Source of the DNA: Carcharhinus amblyrhynchos
Lineage: Eukaryota
Direction of reading: 5' to 3'
DNA length: 64,000 nt
Assembly: GCA_965287045.1 (NCBI GenBank)
Contig: OZ336877.1
Location: 620,001 to 684,000, forward strand
Shown here: positions 1-12,025 of the stretch, one piece after another
Layout: each line of letters starts with the position of its first letter
Position numbering within the stretch: position 1 is the first letter of the stretch
The notes under the pieces: generated by a model
The model's input: the letters and a program-made list of their open reading frames with translations, nothing else
Told to the model about the DNA's origin: nothing
The model's database searches: none
Translations under genes and position numbers: made by a program

Positions 1-109
1 TTGGGCATCAGACACCAACTGTGCTGGATCTTAACCTGCAATAAGACAGAAAGGGAGAATGTAGGAAGGACTCGGATAGTAATGAAGTCTGGCATTCATG
101 GTAGGAACT

Positions 110-268
110 GGAAGGAGTTTCCCAACACCAGGTTAAAGTCCATTTGGTAGCGCAAGCTTTCGGAGTGCTGTCCCTTCGTGCTACCAAATAAACCTGTTGG
201 ACTTTGACCTGATGTTTTGAGACTTCTTAATGTGTTTTCCCCAATCCAACACTGACATCTCCACATCG
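110..268. mobile_element. Internally deleted copy of the palindromic PLE-type short element (fuller copy at 57937-58144)
   Basis: caacaccaggttaaagtcc...aagctttcggag and gctaccaaataaacctgttggacttt...catctccacatc match both arms and the tail of 57937-58144, with the hairpin centre deleted. Confidence 0.8.
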
Positions 269-454
269 TGTATAGCAGTAAATGGGGGGGGGGGGGTGGG
301 TGGGACGAGGAGAGGGGGACAGAGGTGATAAGGGTTGGGGAAGGGTGGCAGACCAAATGTCAGGGTCCGGTGAGGTGGCTGGACATGAGATCACTGTGTA
401 AGTGTGATTGGCGTGTTAATGGGTGTGGGTGGACGGATGAACAAGGTGATGCAG

Positions 455-550
455 CGTGACTGCCTGAAGATCATTCCTCTTCTCCCACACGCAGGATACC
501 TGTCCTCTTACACAGTGAGCTGCTGTTCACTAACGCTGCCACCACCTCCT
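455..550 (-). pseudogene. Harbinger-associated Myb/SANT-like domain relic
   Basis: Reverse strand reads approximately EVVAALVNSSSLCKRTGIL-WEKRNDL, a decayed version of the W..VA..VS....RT..QCRKK.NDL motif seen at 60820-60920. Confidence 0.55.
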
Positions 551-1279
551 ATACAGGGTTAATGAGCTTTGTCGCTAACTGTGTGCCCATGTGTAAGTAG
601 AGGAAATCAGGCCTCTGCTCCACCCAATCTAGAATCTTTATCAGAGGTCCCCAGGAGAATCAGAATGCTGTCTTCCCAGCCACCTTCCCTCTGACTGGAG
701 CCTGAATAAGTGCTACCAAAGTTTCCCCACCAATTGCTGACCTTATCTCCACTTGAAGGAAACTAATCCCAGGTTTTATGGTTTCACAGAACTGAAGTCT
801 CTCAAGCTAATACCTTTCTAATTAAACTTCTCTGATTTTTGTATTCCGCGATTACACACTGTTTAACAAAAGTTCAATCGCTAATTGGACAACCGGAACT
901 CAATAGATTCTGCATTCAACGAAGGAACAATGAGGACCAGAGTTAATATTCTGGTGCAAAGACGACACGGAGGGATGTTACTAACCAAAAACAATGAAGA
1001 TGATCCTTTTCTTTCATTTCTTCGACTTAATTTTTGAAACTATAAACGATAAATACAGTAACAGGATAACACACCAAATCAAGGTCAGTGAATTATGGAA
1101 AGGGTTACAGGGTTCACGCTGACAACTAAAGAACAAACAATGGCAGGAAAATCTTTACCTGTCGTTTCGTCAACCCAAGGGGAAATAACTCTTTCAATTG
1201 TTACAGAATAAAGATGACATTTTCGTCATCAAAACTGCAGAATGTATCTGCTCATTGGCAGAGAGCAGCAAAGATTCTT

Positions 1280-1282
<3 letters not shown>

Positions 1283-1310
<28 letters not shown>
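1283..1310. repeat. (GT)n microsatellite
   Basis: Perfect GT run directly upstream of a headless HE1 SINE. Confidence 0.95.
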
Positions 1311-1313
<3 letters not shown>

Positions 1314-1900
1314 GAGTGTGTACATGTTCCCTGTGTCTGCGTGGGTTTCCTTTGGGTGTTGCAGCTTCCTCCCACAGTCCAAACAATGTGCAGGTCGTGT
1401 ATATTGACCATGCTACATTTCCCTGTATGGTCTGAAGATATATAAATCTGGGGAATTAGCAGGGTAAATGTGAGGGGTTGTGGGGATAGAGCCTGTATTA
1501 AATGCCGTGTTGGAGAGTCAGTGTAGGCTCCCGTAGAACACAGAGTCCCTACAGCACGGTAGGAGGCCACTCGGCCCATCAAGTCTATGCCGACGACAAT
1601 CGCACCCTTGCTGTACGCCCCTATCGTCCCACACGTTTCCCCTGCTAATCTTCCTGACATTATGGTCAGTTTAGCGTGGCCAATCAATGTAACCTGTACG
1701 TCTTTGTGCTGTGGGAGGAAACCTGAGAATCCTGAGGAAACCCCCACAGACACGAGGAGAATGTGTAAACTCCGCACAGACAGTGACCAGAGGCCAGAAT
1801 TGAAGCTGGGACTCTGGTGCTGTGAAGCAGGAGTGCTAACCGCTGTGCCACCCTTAATGGGCTGAATGGCCTCCTTCTGCACTGTAGGGATTGAATTCTA
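1311..1900 (+). mobile_element. HE1-type V-SINE, 5'-truncated and split by a second HE1; its tail resumes at about 1856
   Basis: V-domain gtgtctgcgtgggtttcc...cctcccacagtccaaa. The CR1-type tail atgggctgaatggcctccttctgcactgtagggatt continues after the insertion. Confidence 0.85.
1535..1855 (-). mobile_element. HE1-type V-SINE nested in opposite orientation
   Basis: Reverse complement gives a tRNA-like head (ggtggcacagcggttagcac), the V-domain and the CR1-like tail. Confidence 0.9.
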
Positions 1901-2855
1901 TGTTGCTGGTTTATTAAGGAGATGTTTGTTTCAAGTCCAACATGGAAAAGCCAAAAAAGCCTGTAAATGTCTCTGTTTACATGAACACAGGTGACGTGAC
2001 GTTATACCAGCAGAGACGTAGTCACGTTAAATACCTAACGGTTCTGTCCATCCTTTAGGAATTCTTGTTCTTTTTATTTGTTTAATTGCTCCATGTCCCA
2101 ATCAAAGATCCAATAATTGAAATCTTACAGAGCAGTACTTTTGTCATTTCTACTCATCTCTCTGCTCTGATGGGAGATCTTGGTGGTATAATGGGTTGTG
2201 GAACTGATCATCAGTCAGGTACGTGGAATAGTCTGTGTTCAGGAGACATGTGCCCACCTGCTATCATGTTTATCATGTCAGTAAATCAGTTTGAAGAAAT
2301 GACCTGAGTCAGGCTGAGATAGGCCTTGTAACCAGCAGACAAAACAATTTCCTCCTCTATATTCCACGCACAATTCCACAGTCAATATTCCAACTCCACT
2401 TGCTCACAAATTCCTTCGTTTTAGATTTCAAATTGGTTTACAAGTCGGTGAGGAATGTTATAAAACCACAAAGAAAATATTAGTGCAATTAGTTTCAGCC
2501 AAAGAGAAGGGAAGTGTGAGGTTTGAGGGGTTACAGCAGAAAATCACTGAGGGAAATTGAGGAAGAGAGAATCCATTGAAATTATCGTCCAGAATTCTGC
2601 AGATGGATTTAGATTTGTGCTGGGGAGAAGCCATTTCGAACACAGAGACAGGTATAACACAGCGAGTTACACATCTACCAATTTTATATTCCTGGTACTG
2701 GAAATGGAATATGTTGGCAGCTTTTAATTCAAAATAAGATCACTGAAGAGGGAATTTAACTTCCCTGCAAGAATATTGCTGCAACGAGTGAACCGACTAC
2801 CACGGAGTAAACACCTGCACGGTCTGCTTTAGTATCTACAAATGTAACGGGTAGC

Positions 2856-3685
2856 CATAAGAACATAAGAAATAGGAGCAGGAGTAGGCCATCTAGCCCT
2901 TCGAGCCTGCCCCGCCATTCAATAAGATCATGGCTGATCTGTCGTGGCTCAGTTCCACTTTCCCGCCCTCTCCCCATAACCCTTAATCCCCTCTCTTACC
3001 AAAAACCCATCAACCCGCTTCTTAAAAATATTTAGCGAGGCAGCCTCCACCACCTCAACGGGCAGAGAATTCCAGAGATTCACCACCCTTTGAGTGAAGA
3101 AGTTCCTCCTCAACTCCGTTCTAAACCGCCCCCCCCTTTATCTTGAGGCTGTGCCCCCTAGTCCTACTGTCCTTTCTGAGCGGGAAGAGTCTCTCCACCT
3201 CTATCCTATCCATCCCATTCATCATCTTATACGTCTCAATGAGATCTCCCCTCATTCTTCTAAACTCTAACGAGTACAAGCCTAGTTTATCCAGCCTCTC
3301 CTCATAGTTCAACCCCCTCAACTCCGGTATCAGCCGAGTAAACCTCCTCTGCACTCCCTCCAAGGCCAAAATATCCTTGCGCAGGTGCGGCGCCCAAAAC
3401 TGCACACAGTACTCCAGCTGCGGCCTCGCCAGTGCCCTGTACGGTTGCAGCAAGACCTCCCTACTTTTATATTCAATCCCCCTCGCTATGAAGGCCAGCA
3501 TCCCATTCGCCTTCCTGACCACCTGCTGCACCTGCAAGCTGGGTTTTTGCGACTCGTGCACAAGGACCCCGAGGTCCCTCTGCACCGTCGCCTGCTGCAG
3601 TTTTTCGCCACGTAAGTAATAGTCCTTCCTACCGTTATTCCTACCAAAGTGGACCACCTCACACTTGCCAGCATTAAATTCCATC
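2856..3685 (-). mobile_element. CR1 LINE 3' fragment, young subfamily
   Basis: ORF 3121-3684 reads MEFNAGKCEVVHFG...RPQLEYCVQFWAP...SLEFRRMRGDLIETYK. It carries the 3' UTR and (ttcttatg)n tail and is nearly identical to 19833-20660. Confidence 0.95.
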
Positions 3686-3717
3686 CAAGGGCAGCTTGTG
3701 GGACCGTCCGACCGTCA

Positions 3718-3880
3718 CTTCATTTGATTTATTTTTGTCACACGTATTAGCACACAGTGAAAAGTATTGTTTCTTATGTGTTATACAGACAAAACACTGT
3801 TGGTAGAGAAGGAAAGGAGAGAGTGCAGAATGTAATGTTACTGTTATAGCTCGGGTGTAGAGAAAGATCAACTTGTAGGT
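3718..3880 (-). mobile_element. Rex1/Babar-like LINE 3' tail
   Basis: Reverse complement of the tail of the 46028-46895 element (atacttttcactg...gtgacaaaaataaatcaaat). Confidence 0.8.
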
Positions 3881-4874
3881 AAGGCTTCAGAAAACATGTG
3901 GGGAAGACTTTACAAATGAAGAAGTGTGGCTGCATTGTTTTTTTTGTAGGCCCTGGACAAGAATCCCTCCTACACCCCGATGAACAAAGGCAAGTATTTC
4001 TTAATTTGCCTTCATTCGTGAGACAATTGCTCGAGTCAGGCATCGTCAAGAGATCACAGGGTACAATCAGAACTCCAGCCTGCCACACAGAAGGAACATC
4101 AAACAGTGTCAAACTGACCAGCCCACCAAATCCAGCAGAAAGATCCAGAGCTTTCATCTTTCCCCCTTCCCTGTTCTCCATTACGTTCACTTTCGCTTGC
4201 AATTTTAAAGAAATGAAATGCAGCATCACGCAAATGAAATCCAATGTATTTTAAAAAAAAATCAGAAAATTTTTATGAGGACTGAAATATGAAGCAGGAT
4301 TGTGAGGACGTACGAGGTTAAAGTTTGACTGATGCAAGCCACGCATGATTGAATCAGCTTACCGTGTCCTATAACATGTGGGAGAAATGTTATAATTGTA
4401 AATGGCAAAATGTTTGCAGTCCAACTGAGCATTATGTGAATGATGTTTGAAATGTGTTGCTATTCTGGAGGGATGAGGATTTTTTTTAATGCGTTTGTCA
4501 TTAACAGATTTTGAATAAAGAATAAAACACAAAGGCCCTTTGAGCTGAAGTGGACTGGAATCTTAAATGTAGCTAACCGTAACCAGCATTTAAATGACTG
4601 CACGATGACACAACACGTCAAAGCCGTGGGGCATTTTCGATGATAATATAAAAGGCCGCTGGTGCAGAAACAAGGAATGTTGTTTAATAGTTAGGTGGTA
4701 CTGTTTAATGTTTTCTCCAGTGAACAGGAATAATGCATGTCAGAAGTTCTAAGTCACTGCTGTGGGCTCATGGCTGCACTTCACAGTTTGGTTCAATGTT
4801 CAACAAAGCACTGAGTTCCATTGGAAATATTCTCAAACTCAAAGTTTGTTTAAGATCAAAAATCCAACTCGGAT

Positions 4875-6488
4875 TTGAATAAGATGGAACCTCCTGCAGG
4901 CCGTAAGACCTGCGTCCACTCCCCACCTTTGACGGTCACCCAGCACTCCGAAAAATCAACCCCCATTGTCCAGAAATCGCTAACGCCGCTCTTTTAAATT
5001 TACTTGTAGATCTCCAGATCTCCCAACCTCCGAAGGAAAACCGTGACCTGGCAGAGACCCCGAGGACTTCAACACGTGGACCTGTGACATCAGCTCACCC
5101 ACAAACGCCACCCCAGAGACGACGTCCACTTAGTGGCCCTTCACCCATCCACCCCGGAGTGTGGCCTGGACATCCTCTCATCCCACCGCAGCTTGGCAGT
5201 TTACTGTCAAATAAATCGCTTGGACTTAAACCTGGCACCGTGAGATTTCTTAGTGAGTTTACCCCACTCCAACACCAGCATCTCCACATCATCCTCTGAT
5301 CACCAAAGCCAAACTGCGGCCCGGTGACACGGAGAGCGCTCGCACGTCTACCGATACAGGGACCACGAGCAAAGCGACTCATCCTCCATCCACGCACCCA
5401 ACAGAGCAAAGAACCTCCCTGGACACACCAATCCCCTCGATATCGCAAACTACTCTCACCATCTCCCAGGCCCCAAAAGCAGTGATCACGCTCGTAAGTA
5501 TAACAATGTGCAGGTCTGGAGGTGAGAGTGAAGAAATGTGGTCCCGCAGCCCCCCCAACCCCCTCCCCAGCTTCCTGCCCTCAAATGGCCGATCTCTGGA
5601 AAACCCGTCAGGTGAACTTAAAGCTGGACTGACTTTCCGAAGAGAACCGAGGGACTGCTGTACGTTCTGTTCCGCAGAGTCGTGGCTCACTCCTGCTTCA
5701 CCAGACTGTCCCCGACAACCAGAGGATTTCTCAACCCGCACTGTGGCCTCAGGCAAGACAGAGAGAGGTGGGGCCTGTTTCCTAATCGACACCTCCTGAT
5801 GCCTAGACATAGCAACACTGCTCCGTGGATGCAGAATTCCTGAAGCTGAAATGCCACCCCTGCTGCCTTCCGCGGGAGTTCACCTCTGTTATTCTGACAG
5901 CAGGTGATATTCCACCTCATCCAGATGTGAAAAGCTTTCTGGCCAAAATATATATCACCGCAAATAGCCTGGAGATGAAACATCCCAAAGCCTTGTACGT
6001 TGTGGTTGGGCCTTCAATCGGGCCAAGCTTCAGAGCATTGGACCGAGGTACCACCGACACGTCTGTTCCACTGGCGGGTCAAACCCCCTGGACCGTTGCT
6101 ACACCAATGTCAAACATGCCGAGCGCTCTATCGCCCTCCCGCACTTGGGTAAATTGAACCATGCACCCGGCTTACACGCAAAAACTGGAACTGTTCCCAT
6201 CAAACAAAGTCGTGCAGTGTTGGTCTGAGGAATCGGATGAGCTCCCACGGGACTGCTTAGAGTCAGGAGACTGCCCGGTATTTCAAAGCTCTGTAAGCAG
6301 CCTGAACGGGTCCAGCACGGCAGGAACGGACTGCGTCAGTGTGCGTGTAGAAGCAAATCCGTGTGTTTCCCGACTGGAAACCGTGGATGAACAGGGATAT
6401 CCAGATCTGAGGTGCTCAAGTCGGATGATCCTGACTTACACCAGGAAGCCTGATACGATCTACAGAGAATCATCAAAGATGCCTAAAG
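4875..6488 (+). mobile_element. Rex1/Babar-like LINE 5' half (5' region and APE endonuclease), decayed
   Basis: PLPSFLPSNGRSLENPSGELKAGLTFRREPRDCCTFCSAESWLTP, EFLKLKCHPCCLPREFTSVILTAGDIPPH and KVVQCWSEESDELPRDCLESGDC are Rex1-clade ORF motifs with frameshifts. Confidence 0.8.
5190..5293 (+). mobile_element. One arm plus tail of the palindromic PLE-type element, inserted in the Rex1 5' region
   Basis: caaataaatcgcttggacttaaacctgg...gtgagatttctt...ccaacaccagcatctccacatcat matches 58061-58144. Confidence 0.75.
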
Positions 6489-7240
6489 ATGTCCTGTGCG
6501 TCCGGACTGGCCAATATATTAAAGTTGACCTGGAACAGGCCCAGCGGGAAGTCTGGGCTGCGGGATTGCAGCCATCGCGGGGATGCCACAAGCTCAGGGG
6601 TCGATAGACTGCACCCACGTCACCCTCAAAACCCCGGTCAAGAACCCAGGAAGATTCTTGAACTGAAAGTGCTTCCGTTCGATAAATGTGCAATTGGTGT
6701 GCGACCGGACACTGGCAGCGTGCGTGCCAGCTTCGTATTGAGGAGATCTGATGTCCTGGAAGTCTTTTGAAGAGGAGGTCAATGTGCAGGAATGACTTAT
6801 AGGGGACATGGCCCACCTCGGACTTGGCAGGTGATACCTGCGCGGAGGCCTGAGGCTGAGGCGGAGACCCGGTAACGAGGAGGCCGGTGTTGCCACGTGT
6901 TCGATCGTGGAGCGGTGTATCGGGCTCCTGATTCCGCTGCCTGAATCGCTCTGGCAGGGTCCTCCAAAATAATCCCCTGATATCGTACCGCAATGTGACG
7001 AGCCCTACACGAGCTGGCAAGGCAGCGAGGAGATCTTTCGGAGGAGGAGGAGGTGACAGCTGACCAGCAGGAGGAGGAGGAGGAGGAACAGGAAGAGGAG
7101 GCGGAGGATGATGAGCGACACTACCCACACACTACACAGCTGGTGACTGCAAGAAACTGGCATGTGAGGGTGCCGACCGAGGCTGTCGTCACCAGGGAGC
7201 TGTGTCACCGCACGTGGGTCTTAACGAATGAACCCTGATC
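6489..7240 (+). pseudogene. PIF/Harbinger (HARBI1-like, DDE_Tnp_4) transposase relic
   Basis: Frameshifted motifs AAIAGMPQAQG.IDCTHVTLKTP, INVQLVCD, LIGD, EAETR.NE, IVERCIGLL and RCL.RSG..LQ, followed by an acidic (GAG)n tail typical of the family. Confidence 0.85.
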
Positions 7241-8448
7241 GTATTTACCGAATCCTTTAAGGGTGATGGGTGCTATTGTCTCAGTAAAATACCACAACGT
7301 CGTGTTAATAGCGAGGCAGGTGGCATCAAGATAAAGTGTGGGTACGACAGATTGAAGAGTTTTAGATTGTGCTGCAGGTCATAAGAAAACACAAAGAGAG
7401 ACTTTGAAGACTCGATAGAGACAGTGTTAAAGCAAAGTGCTGTGGAGCAGATGGATCGCTGATGGTGAGATTGTCAATACCGCACACGGAACAGCACAAC
7501 GAGAACCAACGCTGAGTATGTTAAGTCTTTACAGAATAGATCATTTGAATCTCACCTTTCGGAGATGTTGAGTGACGAGTGAGAGAGGAAGAGACAAATG
7601 AAAAAACAAAAACCCTCAGGAAAATCTAGCCACAGAAGGTTGTAATTGTAACAGGTGGCTTTGAGGGTTTCTGAAAAATAGATCGAATAAAAAACATAAA
7701 CTCAATTACTGCTGGGTACAAACCTGCCTCAACTTGTCTTTGGTTACAGAGCTTCAGAAAAGTGCGAGTAAATGACTACAGCGACTCTCATCTGAGGTAT
7801 TACAGAAAATCGATGCCGAGGGGTAGAAGGAACATTAACTTAATAGGGTGGATAAAATGGGTCGAGGTTAGCAGAATCCAAAGGTTAGGTATATTAACTG
7901 GAATCTCAAAATTGGTTATAATTTTGTGGTATGTAATTAGAGCCAAATGACAACAGACAAGAGCTTTAACGTGAGTTTTAATGATGCTGATGTGAACTTT
8001 GTCTTCATCGTGTTAATTACGTCAGATAATGATAGAATTGATTTATACTGCCTATTAGTGAACGTCTTAACCCTTCACCGCGTCTGTTTCACTGCTTAGT
8101 CATTTGCTGTCTGTATTTTACAGTCTCACCGACATCATTACCCATTGATTCCTTTCCTTTAATGATTGCGACGTATTGTTAGATATGACGCTTTGGATGG
8201 GTTACGATAAGACTCGAAAAACATTCTCAGACGACTGTTTCCTTAATAGCATCTAAAAATCCAACAGGAAATACAGGAGGGTCTCCTTCACCCAAGGAGT
8301 TTGAATGTGGAACATTCTAAACAAGGACTATTTGAAGAAATGAAAAAGAAGTAGATTTAAGAGAAAAATAGAAAAATAAAAGAGAAATAAAGGATTAGGA
8401 ATATTTACTAGGTGAAGCAAGGAAGGTTTAGAAGGGGGGTCATGTGGA

Positions 8449-8583
8449 ACAAAGAACAAAGAACAAAGAACAACCCAGCACGGGAAACAGGCCCTTCGGC
8501 CCAACGAGCCCGCACCGCCGCATCACCCTACACCTATTCTACCCTGCGTATCTACAAATAGAACCCCTGACTTAGCCAGATTC
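8449..8583 (-). mobile_element. Short (about 130 bp) element with CR1-type 3' tail
   Basis: Near-identical reverse complement of 33005-33130, ending in gggccgaagggcctgtttcc and (ttctttg)n. Confidence 0.8.
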
Positions 8584-8739
8584 AGGGGAGAATAGTGTCA
8601 ATTTGGTAAAACCAATCAGCCTAAGAGCACATCTTTGGGGTGTGGAGCGATCAGACTGAACCTGTTAGGTGGAATGGCTTGTTGCTGTACTGAAAACACG
8701 GTATAATTAAAAAAAACACTTAAGCCTTAATTCCTTGCA

Positions 8740-8945
8740 GGGGGCTGTGCCATCTCCAACTTCCCTTACCTTCACAAAGCCTAGGAATGTGGTCACCTCT
8801 GAAATCCATGCTGATCCCATTCAGCCCCTGTCCCAGTACTGAACCCTCTCTTAACAAACAAATGACATCCGCTGGAACGGTGACAAATGGAAGACACTCC
8901 ACTTTGTCCTTCTGAACCTGGCTGTAGCTTTTGACACGGTGGCCT
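8740..8945 (+). mobile_element. L2-like LINE RT fragment, old
   Basis: Decayed FSPCPSTEPSL..NDI...FVLLNLAVAFDTV resembles the L2 motif GFR..HSTETAL..TND...LLDLSAAFDTV. Confidence 0.6.
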
Positions 8946-8954
8946 CAACATCTG

Positions 8955-10230
8955 GGATAGTCAGCACGGTTTCCTGAGGGGAAAAGTCCTGCCTCACCAA
9001 TTTGATTGAATTCTTTGAGGAAGTAACTAATTGTGTGGATGAAGGTAGAGCAGTTGATGTCGTATACGTGGATTTTAGTAAGGTGTTTGATAAGGTTCCC
9101 CATGGTCGGCTCATGAAGAGGATAAGGAGGTGTGGAATAGAAGGAAATTTGGCAGATTGGATAAGTAACTGGCTGTCTCATTGAACGCAGAAGATGATGG
9201 TGGAAGGAAAATGTTCAGACTGGAGGCCAGTTACCAGCGATGTACCACAGGGGTCAGTGCTGGGTCCTCTGCTATTTGTGATTTTTATCAATGACTTGGA
9301 GGAGGGGGCTGAAGGGTGGGTCAGTAAATTTGCTGATGACACCAAGATTGGTGGAGTAGTGGATGAGGTGGAGGGCTGTTGTAGGCTGCAAAGAGACATT
9401 GATAGGACGCAGAGCTGGGCTGTAAAGTGGCAGATGGAGTTTAACCCTGATAAAGGCAAGGTGATTCATTTTGGTAGGACAAACTTGAATGCGGATTACA
9501 GGGTCAACGGCAGGGTTCTGAGGAATATGGAGGAACAGAAAGATCTTGGGGTTCATATCCACAGATCTCTGAAGGTTGCCACTCAAGTGGACAGAGCCGT
9601 GAAGAAGGCCTATAGTATGTTGGCGTTTACTAACAGAGAGATTTGAGTTTAAAAGCCGTGGGGTTGTGCTGCAACTGTACAGGACCTTGGTGAGATTGCA
9701 TTTGGAATATTGTGTGCAGTTCTGGTCACCTCACTATAAGAAGGATGTGGAAGCATTGGAGAGAGTGCAGAGGAGATTTACCAGGATGCTGCCTGGTTTA
9801 GAGGGTAAAGTCTTATGAGGAAAGGTTGAGGGAGCTGGGGCTTTTCTCTTCAGAGTGGAGGAGGATGAGAGGCGACTTAATAGAGGTTTATAAGATGATG
9901 AGAGGAATTGGTAGAGTGGACGTTCAGAAACTATTTCCTCGGGTGGATGTAGCTGTTACTAGGGGGCATAACTATGAGGTTGATGGTGGGAGATATAGGA
10001 GGGATGTCCGAGGTAGATTCTTCACTCAGAGTGGTTGGGGTGTGGAATACACTGCCTGCTGTGATAGTGGAGTCGGATAATTTAGGAACTTTCAAGTGGT
10101 TATTGGATGGGCACATGGAGCACACCGGAATGATAGAGAGTGGGATAGCTTGATCTTGGGTTTGGACATAGCTCGGCACAACATTGAGGGCCGAAGGGCC
10201 TGTACTGTGCTAGAATGTTCTATGTTCTAA
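8955..10230 (+). mobile_element. CR1 LINE RT and 3' end
   Basis: GKSCLTNLIEFFEEVT, DVVYVDFSKVFDKVPH, VPQGSVLGPLLF and KFADDTK, with stops and frameshifts. Tail gggccgaagggcctgtactgtgc and (gttctat)n. Confidence 0.95.
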
Positions 10231-10531
10231 CATCGTCCAAAGTATCTCCACTGTTATGCAACTAGATGGGGTTAAACTTGCCTGCTTTAGTTCTAAGCAC
10301 ATGTGGACACAGTAATATGGGATCAAGAGTAGGACATTGACCTTGTCGAGCCTGCTCTGCCATTCCGTACAATTATGGCTGATCATCTGCTTCAATGCCC
10401 TTTCCCCACATTATCCCCATTTCCCTTTAAGGTGACCCTTTGGCCCGTCGTGCCTCTCCTGAGCTCAGCTGGGTCTCAGATATTCCAACAAGCTAATGGA
10501 GTTCTGGGCCCTCAGCCAAGCCATAATGATA

Positions 10532-11082
10532 TGGAACGTAGAACACGACAGCACAAACAGGCCCTTCGGCCCACAACTTGCACCGATCGTATCCGTACCT
10601 ACTCGGTCATAGAACTATCTGTAACTCCCAATCCCATTAGATCCCATATACTCATCCAGAAGTCTTTTAAAAGACCCCAGCGAGTTCGCCTCCATCACCA
10701 CCGACGATTCCACTCACTCACCACCCTCTGAGTGAAAAACTTACCCCTGACATCTCCTCTGTACCTGCTTCCCCGCACCTTAAACCTGTGTCCTCTCGTA
10801 GCGACCGTTTCAGCCCTGGGAAATAGCCTCCGAGAATCCACCCTATCTATTCCTCTCAACGTTTTATAAACCTCTATCAGGTCACCCCCTCATCCTTCGT
10901 CTCTCCAGGGAGAAGAGTCCTAGTTCCCTCAACCTATCTTCGGAAGGCATGCCTCCCAGTCCAGGCAACATCCTTGTAAATCTCCTCTGCACCCTCTCAA
11001 TAGCTTCCACATCCTTCCTGTAGTGAGGTGACCAGAACTGCGCATAGTAATCCAAGTGGGGTCTGACAAGGGTTTTATCCAG
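10532..11082 (-). mobile_element. CR1 LINE 3' fragment; a short unrelated CR1 tail lies at about 10310-10430
   Basis: KTLVRPHLDYYAQFWSPHYRKDVEAIERVQRRFTRMLPG. Same subfamily as 55631-56301. Confidence 0.9.
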
Positions 11083-11096
11083 ACGCCCCTTAAATA

Positions 11097-11500
11097 TTGG
11101 ATTTGATTTCTTATTGTCACATGTGCTCATATACAATCTGTTTCTTGCACATCATACAGACAGATCATACCGTTCATAGAGAAGGAAATGAAAGAGTGCA
11201 GAATGTAGTGTTACAGTCATAGCTAGGGTACAGAGAAAGATCAACTGAATGCGGGGTAGATCTTTTCAAAAGTCTGATAACAGGGAAGTTAGTGAAGAAT
11301 CTGTTTTTGACTCAGTTGGTTCCTGACTTCAGAATTTAGTATCTTTTTCCCGACTGAAGGTGGGAGAGAGAATGTCTGGGTGTGTGGCCTCCTTAATTAT
11401 GCTGGTTGTTTTTTCACCACAGCGGGAAGTGTAGACAGCGTCACTGGATGGGAGGCTGCTTTGAGTGATGGACTGGGCTTCAATCACAACCCTTTTTAGT
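11097..11500 (-). mobile_element. Rex1/Babar-like LINE 3' fragment
   Basis: Reverse complement of about 46500-46895, including the (aaatc)n tail. Confidence 0.85.
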
Positions 11501-11689
11501 TGCTACTTAGATAGCGTTGTTTATTAAAATCAATTCTCTTTTGACAGGTCAAGTCATTAATGGACAAATTAACCAACAAATTCTTCTGAATAAGTGACAG
11601 AACGTGAGATGTGAATCTCCAGAACTTGCTGGTCAGTTTACACTGCTCTACATCTTGCAACATGCTGACATCTCACTCTTAGACTCCCT

Positions 11690-12025
11690 GTGGTGGCACG
11701 GTAGCACAGTGATGAACACTGCTGCTTCACAGCTCCAGGGACCTGGGTTTGATTCCCGGCTTGGGTCACTGTCTCTGCGGGGTTTGCACGTTCTCTTCGT
11801 GTCTGCATGGGTTTCCTCTGGGTGCTCTGGTTTCCTCCCACAGTCCAAAGATGTGCGGATTAGGTTGATTGGTCATGGAAAAAATTGCCCCTTAGCGTCC
11901 TGAGATGCTTAGGTTAAAGGGATTAACGGGTAAATGTGGGGGTAGGGCCTGGGTGGGATTGTGGTCAGTGCAGACTCGATGGGCCGAAGGACCTCTTTCT
12001 GCACTGTAGGGATCCGTGATTCTAT
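11690..12025 (+). mobile_element. HE1-type V-SINE, full length
   Basis: A-box-like tagcacagtg, B-box-like ggtttgattcc, V-domain and CR1-derived tail. Confidence 0.95.

Noticed and set aside
1160-1282. Splice-like signals on both strands
   Set aside because: The minus candidate has stops in all three frames. The plus candidate relies on the GT microsatellite as donor and gives no recognisable peptide.
1229-1882. 217-aa ORF and similar ORFs at 11604, 31842 and 52538
   Set aside because: These are chance translations of HE1 SINEs (the recurring LHVL.VSAWVSSGCSGFLPQSKDV peptide) and a microsatellite.
6460-7128. 222-aa proline-rich ORF on minus
   Set aside because: It is the antisense reading of the Harbinger transposase relic and its (GAG)n tract.
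7300-7900. Possible LINE ORF1-like remnant
   Set aside because: Only purine-rich composition and a weak AH motif, which is not enough to call.
11690-11770. tRNA gene
   Set aside because: The A/B-box-like motifs are SINE heads that continue into the V-domain. There is no complete cloverleaf or terminator.
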